Source: Octopus vulgaris
Lineage: Eukaryota
Length of the DNA stretch: 64,000 bases
Direction: 5' to 3'
NCBI GenBank assembly: GCA_951406725.2
Contig: OX597814.1
Span: forward strand, 189,224,001-189,288,000
Shown: piece after piece, positions 56,115-64,000 of the stretch
Layout of the letters: each line of letters opens with the position of its first letter
How positions within the stretch are numbered: position 1 is the first letter of the stretch
Position numbers and translations under genes: made by a program
The notes under the pieces: model-generated
The model's database searches: none
What the model was told of the DNA's origin: nothing
What the model saw: the letters and a program-made list of their open reading frames with translations, nothing else

Positions 56115-56317
56115 ACCGCGTGTGTACCGTTGGCGATTTTTTTCCCTCTGTCTTCCCTTCTCTAGATCTTTCCTTCTCCTATGATTCCGACGAAGAGCTC
56201 CGCTCGAAACGTTAAACCCTCCCTCTTTCCTTCTTTCCTGAGCGTCCAATAATACTATATTTGTTCCACGTCCTCGCGTTGCTGCGTTTTTTTGTGCTTT
56301 CATGTTTGGATTAACTT

Positions 56318-56318
<1 letters not shown>
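56115..56318 (+). mobile_element. Penelope-type terminal-repeat fragment with a hammerhead-like motif (56187-56216)
   Basis: CCGACGA-AGAGCtccGCTC-GAAACGTT-AAA; ends in a TA tract. Confidence 0.6.
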
Positions 56319-56373
<55 letters not shown>

Positions 56374-56952
56374 AATAATATATATATATATATATATATA
56401 TGCATTTATTGATATACAAATGCAGAGACTGGGAAATTAGAATCCTTCTATCGGCGAGATATGTTAGCTAAATCAATCTCAACGCACCCACAACATACAC
56501 TGAACCATATTAAAATGGATACATTGGATATTATAGTTTTCGATACTTTATGTCAAACTGAAATACAGGAAGGTCATAGAGGCAGCGTTTTTGATCATAA
56601 GTCCACTTGGTTAAACTACTACCAGAACAAATTACCCAATGCACAATTGCATCCATATGTCATTGAGTCTGCACCAGTCGGCTCGTACAGATAGAAAGAG
56701 CAGATTTAATTACATTCGAATGACATTGTAGTACCGACTTGTAAAATAATAGAAAATATATGCCTACATACCCCTAAAAAGATAGCATGATCGCAAATAG
56801 CGTTGATTTTCATCATTCCCATGGTCTAAATATGACAATTGTGTTATTTCTTATATAGAGATATACGCACACACGAACACACACAAACTCACACTCACAC
56901 ACACAGAACATGAAAGAGAGATTCCATAATGCATACATGCATACGTATGAGT

Positions 56953-57125
56953 AGAGGCGCGTATCTTAGTGGTTAGGGTATTGCATTCATTATAAGATTG
57001 TGGTTCCGATTCCTAGTTCATGTGTTGCGTTGCGTTTTCGAGGAAAACACTTCATTCACGTTGTTCAAGTCCATTCATTTAGCAAAATGAGCAATCCTGC
57101 GATGAACTGGCTTCTTCTCCAGCGA
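56953..57125 (+). mobile_element. Diverged OR-like SINE (head B)
   Basis: GAGGCGCGTATCTTAGTGGTTAGGG...CCTGCGATGAACTGG. Confidence 0.65.
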
Positions 57126-57269
57126 TTTTATATGTATACACAACACAAAATCCAAGAAACAAGCCTTATGAACCTATAGCTTAAGAAAAATCTTTGGTCT
57201 TTTTTTTTGTATGTATTTATGCTTATATTAAGTGAATATATATATATATATATATACATATTCAAATAA

Positions 57270-57600
57270 AGGTTATAAACTTAATTAAGGGATGATAAAA
57301 TCCAATGAAAATACTGCTTAGTTACCAATCCAAAGAAAGTTCAACTATAAAGTAACTATATAAACCGTAGTTCATATATTTATATATTTAAAAAATAATT
57401 AGAAAAGGGAGAAGTAATTAATAAAATATTATTTATTAATTATATCGCTGACAGCTGTTTCGATTCAGTAAAATTTAGATAATTAATCTATTAAATTAAG
57501 ATCATTATAAAATGAATATCTTCAGAAGTAGTAAAGAAATATAGCGATTATAAATACGTGTTGAGATAACGGCTGCAAACCGTTAACTGATAGCAAATAT
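57270..57600 (-). mobile_element. AT-rich insert in a TA tract with a hammerhead-like motif (57445-57530)
   Basis: Reverse complement reads CTGAAGA-tATTCA...TGAATc-GAAA-CAGCTG-TC, with palindromic stem III and weak stem I. Confidence 0.5.
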
Positions 57601-58218
57601 ACAAAAAAAAAAAAAATATATATATATATATATCAACACATCAAAACCTGTTGTCAATTAGTTTTGAGGTACTAACACAGACACAAAGACACACACACAC
57701 ACACATACACACACACACACACATACACACACACACTTCAGTGGAAGTAACTCTAGCCATAGCGATAACGTGTCCCCAAATCAGAAGCGTACTGAACGCA
57801 TTTGATGTGTTGACTTTCATATTTCAAGGTTTACATAGATGCTTTATCTACAAATGCTTTATTTCCAGAACATCTTAAAATAAATTTCATCTTGAAAACT
57901 CTACCGCATACCTAAATAGCTTTCTATGTATTTACGTAGGTATGTATATATGAATGTACCTAATCGTGTCTGTACGTCTGTGTTTTCGTTTATTCTAAGC
58001 TGAAGGTTCATTCTGTCGCATTTCTGAGATTTCCATCACCATCAATGTAAGTGTGTAAGAAAGAAAAATGACGGAATTAAACCACATGTATATATTTTGC
58101 GGAGCGAATATCTCCAGCAATTATAGACTGTCCTACTTCCTCTCGCAGGTATTACGACCTCATAGATTGTGTAGTGGGTAGTATGGACGTAATTCCATTC
58201 TACCCTTCTATAGATATA

Positions 58219-58450
58219 TATTTCTTTACTACCCACAAGGGGCTAAACACAGAGAGGTCAAACAAGGACAGACAAACAGATTAAGTCGATTATATCGACT
58301 CCAGTGCGTAACTGGTACTTAATTTATCGACCCCGAAAGGATGAAAGGCAAAGTCGACCTCGGCGGAATTTGAACCCAGAACGTAGCGGCAGACGAAATA
58401 CGGCTACGCATTTCGCCCGGCGTGCTAACGTTTCTTCCAGCTCACCGCCT
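58219..58450 (-). mobile_element. SINE with GCCTTTCATCCTTTCGGGGTCGATAAATTAAGTACCAG central domain (MetaSINE-like), full length
   Basis: Near-identical to 44773-45000; flanked by an ATAGATATA direct repeat. Confidence 0.85.
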
Positions 58451-58464
58451 TCATAGATATAGAT

Positions 58465-58786
58465 TATTTATTTATCTATTCATGCACCCTTTTCAAGCCT
58501 AGCCAGGCTCATGGGCCCGATTTCCCGGTTTCTGTGGCGTATGTGTTCCCCCCAGCTGCACGGGACGCCAGTCCATCGCAGCGTTACTCAAGAAACAGGA
58601 AGAAAGATTGAGAGAAAGTTGGGGTGAAAGAATAGAACAGGGGTCGCCACCACACCCTGCCGGAGCCACGTGGAGCTTTAGGTTTTTTCGCTCAATAAAC
58701 ATACACAACGCCCGGTTTGGGAATCGAAACCGCGATCCTCCGACCGCGAGTCCGCTGCCCTAACCACTGGGTCATTGCACCTCCAC
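58465..58786 (-). mobile_element. tRNA-derived SINE (OR-like; head A + tail Y)
   Basis: Reverse-complement match to 40859-41155. Confidence 0.85.
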
Positions 58787-58799
58787 AGACATAGATTTT

Positions 58800-59957
58800 G
58801 CTAAGGAGAAATGCATTGAGATAATTTGTGAAAGTGAAGCTGAATTCCGTGAAGTAAACACGGGGGAACTGGGCCTCCTCCTTAGACTAAGCTATGACCG
58901 TGACTATTTAGACGACCATGACATCAGTAGATACTGTTCTACCAGGTCACAGAGAGGAAGACCACCCACCATCGCCTCAGCGGCAAAGGAAAACACTGCA
59001 GCGCGCTGACGTGGCTGGACCGTACCCACCCAAGACCCTGAGAACAGCAATCAGGTGAAATGAATGATTGCACATGCAACAGGGGCTGGCGTAAGAACCA
59101 TCTTGAAGAACCACATAGTAAAGTTTAACAAGAAACTATACATGCAGGTTCAAGGTGTAGCCATTGGTGTCGGTGTAGCTGGAGATGTGACCGGGCTCTT
59201 TATGACCTGGTGGGACAGAAAACTTAAACAATCCTTAGAAGAACAGTCCATAACTCTTTTACTTTACAGTAGTTATGTAGACGACATTAATATCCTAGTT
59301 AAGACCAACTCTAGTAACAGTAATATAAAAAACGAGAGGAACGTAATGGAGAGCATCCACAAGTAGCTAACTGCAAAGTATCAAGATAACTATAGGTTAC
59401 CCCACTAGGCACCCCAACAATAGACTACCCGTCCTTGTTACTGAACTTTGGTTAGAGGCTGTGTACAACAAAGTGCAGCTCCTCCACTCCTATTACATGA
59501 AACCCATAACTTCGAAATATTTTGTTCACAAGAACTCAGCTTTGTCACACAACATAAAAATTAACATACTGATAGCAGACTTAGTTAGGGTGAAGAATAG
59601 CGTGTCCCCACTATGCAAACCCTATGAAACGAAGAAAATGTACCGAACTTCATGCACCGCATGCAATTCTCTGGACATGATCAGAAAGATAGGGTTCGAG
59701 TATACAGGGATGCTAGAAAGAAGTTAGATAACATTATATGTAATGAAATCAGTGGTACCTGCCCTAGATATAGAAGTAAAGACTGGAATAGAATACAGAG
59801 AGGTTGTGACAAAGCAAACGGGGTGAACTCGTGGTACAAAACCGACAAATATCAAGGAGTGATATCTGTAAAGACCATAGCCCATGAAGATCTAGCTAGT
59901 AGATTTAGGAAAGCTCTGAAGGAGACCAAACTCAACATTAAGATCGTTGAAAAGCCA
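58800..59957 (+). mobile_element. Penelope-like retroelement reverse transcriptase and thumb fragment (Nematis-like), decayed
   Basis: KLYMQVQGVAIG..AGDVTGLFMTWWD...YSSYVDDINI; HPNNRLPVL; YYMKPITSK..HKNSAL; RMQFSGH...IKIVEK. It contains stops and frameshifts and is truncated at a microsatellite before the endonuclease. Confidence 0.8.
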
Positions 59958-60387
59958 CATACATACATACGCACACATACATACAGACACACGCTTATAC
60001 GCATGAATAGACATACATACATGCATACATACATACATACATACATACATACATACATACATACATACATACATACATACATACATACATACATGTGTAT
60101 GTGCACTCATACATAGATGTGCATGCGCACACTCGCTGACCTACACACATGCGCACAAATAAACAAAAAGAAAGTAGCTCGGATAACGGACAAAGTCAAC
60201 GACTATTGAAATGTTTCCAAGATGCAACGAAAGCTTTAGGTAAAATAAATAAGTAAATGAGTGGAAACTTTACCAGTGAGTGTGCTAAATAACAAGGCAC
60301 TAACAGAGAACGACTCTCCCCAGACACAACAAAATATGCTTCAACACACGAACTCACATAATCATGCAAACCAAATCCCAAAACGAA

Positions 60388-60431
<44 letters not shown>

Positions 60432-60585
60432 GTATATACATATATATATGTATATATATATATACATGTATGTATATACATATATATATGTATATATATA
60501 TGTGTATGTATGTATATACATGTGTATGTGTGTGTATTTGTGTGTGTGTGTGTGTGCGTGTGTATGTATGTATGTTTGTATATAT

Positions 60586-60845
60586 AGTTGAAATTTGCAG
60601 AAAAACAAAAGACGAAGACAGGTGTATAAACAACAAGCAGGTGTATTAATTTGACGCTCAGGAAGGTGAGACAGTCTTTTACATTTCGAGCCTGCGCTCT
60701 TCAAAAGAAAGGAACACGATGAAATAAACAGAGAATGAATTATTAAAAATACTTGTGGATTTAGCGGTCAATCATGGCGACTGCTTGGACAAAGATAGTT
60801 GGACAGGAGAGCTAGGAAGAAGGGGAGATAAAATACTAGTGATCC
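60586..60845 (-). mobile_element. Penelope-type terminal-repeat fragment with a decayed hammerhead
   Basis: GTCTTTTACATTTCGAGCCTGCGCTCTTCAAAAGAAAG is homologous to 2326-2365. Confidence 0.55.
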
Positions 60846-60994
60846 CAACATACACATATCTATCTATCTATAGCTCTCTTTCTATATATATATATATCCT
60901 TAAGGCAATATCATCATTATCATTATAGTGGTTGTTGTTATTATTATTATTATTATCATCATCATTGTTATTATTATAAATTATTATTATTATT

Positions 60995-61330
60995 ACTTGA
61001 TGAAAACTCACAGCTTATTTTGCTGGATATGATGGGTTGTGTCGCCTGTCCACAGCCAGCAGACTAAGGTGACACTTGTTTATTGGATATGCCTCAAGAA
61101 CCCTGTGCAGAATTCTTGCAGTTCCGAGCAATGCTGATTTTCGTAGGTGTTCTACCTTTACATTTGTGCCAGTCTTTTTGAGCCATGTTGGTAGTGCAGT
61201 GCTGATACTTCCAAGTTCGCCAATTCCTATTGATATCACGTCTACTCTCTTCATTGACCTCAGCCTTCGTATTTCCCACTTCAAATCGTCGTAATTGTTC
61301 AGTTTTTTTTTCTTTTTTTCGATCCTGTAA
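60995..61330 (-). mobile_element. R4/Dong-like element 3' end with (TAA)n flank
   Basis: KWEIRRL..MKRVDVISIGIGELGSI...EHLRKSALLGTARILHRVL; TTA tract at about 60935-60993. Confidence 0.8.
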
Positions 61331-62207
61331 ACTGTATTTCATAATGATATGTCATCTTGCATTTAACTCTCCTGAGGTATTTAATATTAGCTCAGTATAA
61401 GCGAGACACACACATACACACCAACACACAAGCACACACATACAGGCGTGCACACAGACTCGCATCCATGCACACACACACACACATAAGTGTGTGTGTA
61501 TGTACGGGCGTGTTGGTTGTGTTTGTGGGTTCTTGTCTGAGTGCGTGCGTCATTATACTGATCAATCGATTAAATAATTGATTGATTTATTGATTGTTTT
61601 CAACAGCAATCAGTAACTTAGTAATGCAGTAATAATTTTTTAAATTTTTTATTCATAATACTAAATCGATCTTTTCTACAGGAGCCAACAAGTACAGCCC
61701 AAAATTCCTCGCTCGACATGCTGGAAACTGCAATCAACTTACCAAAAACTTACAACTGAATTAAGGAAGAGATTTTGAATAAGTTAATCCAAAATACACA
61801 ACACTCAAAATTGTAAATATACGCATTATACTGAGGAGGAATTACAACCGTGTTTCGTGGTCTGCTACCACAACAGCTCCTTTATAGGATCCAGTTAGCT
61901 CAAGACATCAGGAGGAACCACGTCCGGTTTCGGCCCCTACTCCTCAACCTTTTTGACGTGGAGGGCACCCCCCTTTCGGAGGTGCCATCAGCTCTGGTGT
62001 TGGGTGCATAACTTCTTTCTTCTGTTCCCTTGCCTCTTCGATGTATCGTCAGCGAGTATCAGCCGGTGACTGACTGACTTGTCAAACTTTACCCTTTAAA
62101 TACCTGCCGCTTGGCTCCAGCAGGCAGCGCCAGCAAGTTGTCACGTGACACTGTCTCACCTTAACTGACCAGTGAAGGCGCGTAGTATTAGCCCGCGCAT
62201 TCTCTAA

Positions 62208-62640
62208 ATACTTGTGACGGAGTTCACCCAAGGCGGGTTGAGCCGGCTTCTCTGTTCCTAACGGCATCACGAACCATGGTGGCCCACGCTCGACGATCCT
62301 GTGGAGATAGCGAGCCATTCGCCGTTCCATCTGCGCAGATCGACCACCTGCGGACCTGAGAGTTCGGAGAGGTTCTCCTTTATGGTCGTTGCCCAGGTCT
62401 TCAGCTGCCCACCCTTGCGTTTGCGCCAGCTGGGCAGTGGAGGTGGGAGGAGGACATCGCGAATCAGCTCACCCTCTGGACACCGGGCCGCATTACCAAA
62501 CCACATTAAGCGCCGTTGTAGAAGCACCGAAGGGAGGAGGCCGGAGATTCAGGTGATGACGAAGACCGGCTGTAGGAACCCGATCAATGCGTCGGCAGCG
62601 AAGAATGCGGCAGTGACAGTCATTGTCGAACACCTCCACA
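62208..62640 (-). mobile_element. RTE-clade LINE 3' fragment
   Basis: EVFDNDCHCRILRCRRIDRV...LQRRLMWFGNAAR...WRKRKGGQLKTWATTIKENL...DRRAWATMVRDA, ending at CAAGTA. Confidence 0.85.
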
Positions 62641-63321
62641 TACGCATTATGGTCACGTTTGGATCGTATTTGATCGAATATCATCAAAGATGCCTAGTTT
62701 GAGGCTCAGTGAAGTTTCTTTTTCATATTCCATCATTAATTTTGGATACTTCCACTCATCTGTGTTATCAATGTCATCCTTCTGCCTGCACATCCATTTA
62801 ACAGTCTGTCTATCAACTCAGTAAAACACATTCTACCCTATATCTAATCATAAATTTTATATTATATATTGACCCATTTAATGATCGATGGATCTTTCAT
62901 CAATGCATATCTCTCTGACTCTTTCTTCTTCTTCTTTTTCTTTCGCTCTCTCGCTCTCTTCCCCTCCCCCCGTTTATCTCTATGTATCTATCTGTATATC
63001 AATATTTGTACACACACACATATATATATATATATGCATATGATTAAAGTTTATGAATATATATGTATAAATGTGTGTGCGTTTGTGTGTGTGTGTCTAT
63101 AACTATTCATACGTATACATATACACATGCATGTTGAATGTGACTTGGGAAAGAAATCAATACATGTAACTGAATTTAAAATTTATTTCATAAAGAAAAT
63201 GGACACAGTGACTTCAAAGTGTGTATGTGTGTGTGCTCTTGCGTGTGTATGTATATGTGTGTGTGTATATTTGCATGCGCAAACGCACACACACACACAC
63301 ATATATATATATACATTTATA

Positions 63322-63358
<37 letters not shown>

Positions 63359-63594
63359 GCACACACAAACTGTATCAGTATATGTGTATGTGTGTATGCA
63401 TATATCTGCACACACACATGCACACACATACGCACACACACACGTTTCCTTTATTGTAGCATACTTTCTTTCCCTATCACACACACAGATACGCACACAC
63501 TTTCGCTTACATGTGTGCGCGTGAGTGTGTGCGCGCTCGAGCGTGTATGTAGATATGTAAGCGCATGTGCACATGTGTGAATGTGTATCATATT

Positions 63595-63637
<43 letters not shown>

Positions 63638-63844
63638 CAATATAGACGTTTTGAAATACTTTGCTATATTGCATTTTTATGTTACCCTTATAACTTCCAA
63701 CAAAGAAAAAAAAATTGAAACCCTTAATTTTTATTTTTTCACATTCAAAATTGAAATTCAAAATTGAAATTCCTCAAAATATTTTTTTTTTCTTAACATT
63801 CCCCTCGCACACACACACGCTTACAAACATGCACACATATACAA

Positions 63845-63920
63845 AATCAAACATAAATACACACATATATAGAATCAAACATAAATACACATATATACAG
63901 AATCAAACATAAATACATAC
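63845..63920. repeat. ~30-bp minisatellite, 2.5 copies
   Basis: AATCAAACATAAATACA occurs three times. Confidence 0.8.
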
Positions 63921-64000
63921 AAACACACGTGCGCACATACTCAATATTTCATTGATCAGCGTCAGCTAAATTCAATAGATATCGCTGACAAAGAAAACTA

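Overview
Gene-poor, repeat-dense eukaryotic DNA. The SINE families and the extreme (TA)n/(CA)n/(TATG)n load point to an octopus or other cephalopod (inference from family resemblance, no search run). I can support no intact host protein-coding gene; almost all listed ORFs are translated microsatellites. The window holds about 20 tRNA-derived SINE copies, an internally deleted mariner with intact TIRs, a maT/Tc1-type relic, a non-autonomous Helitron, R4/Dong-like, RTE and Penelope-like retroelement fragments, and a U6 retrocopy fused to a SINE/LINE-type 3' tail. The main finding is a 360-bp tandem array (52051-53862) inserted in a TA tract. Each full unit carries a minimal type I hammerhead ribozyme, which is the layout of a non-LTR retrozyme (circRNA-type). 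The array has two head-to-head arms, and their junction falls about 1 nt from the predicted self-cleavage site. A second, fully canonical hammerhead lies in both arms of a ~355-bp palindrome at 9164-9518. Several further Penelope-type hammerhead relics also sit in TA tracts.
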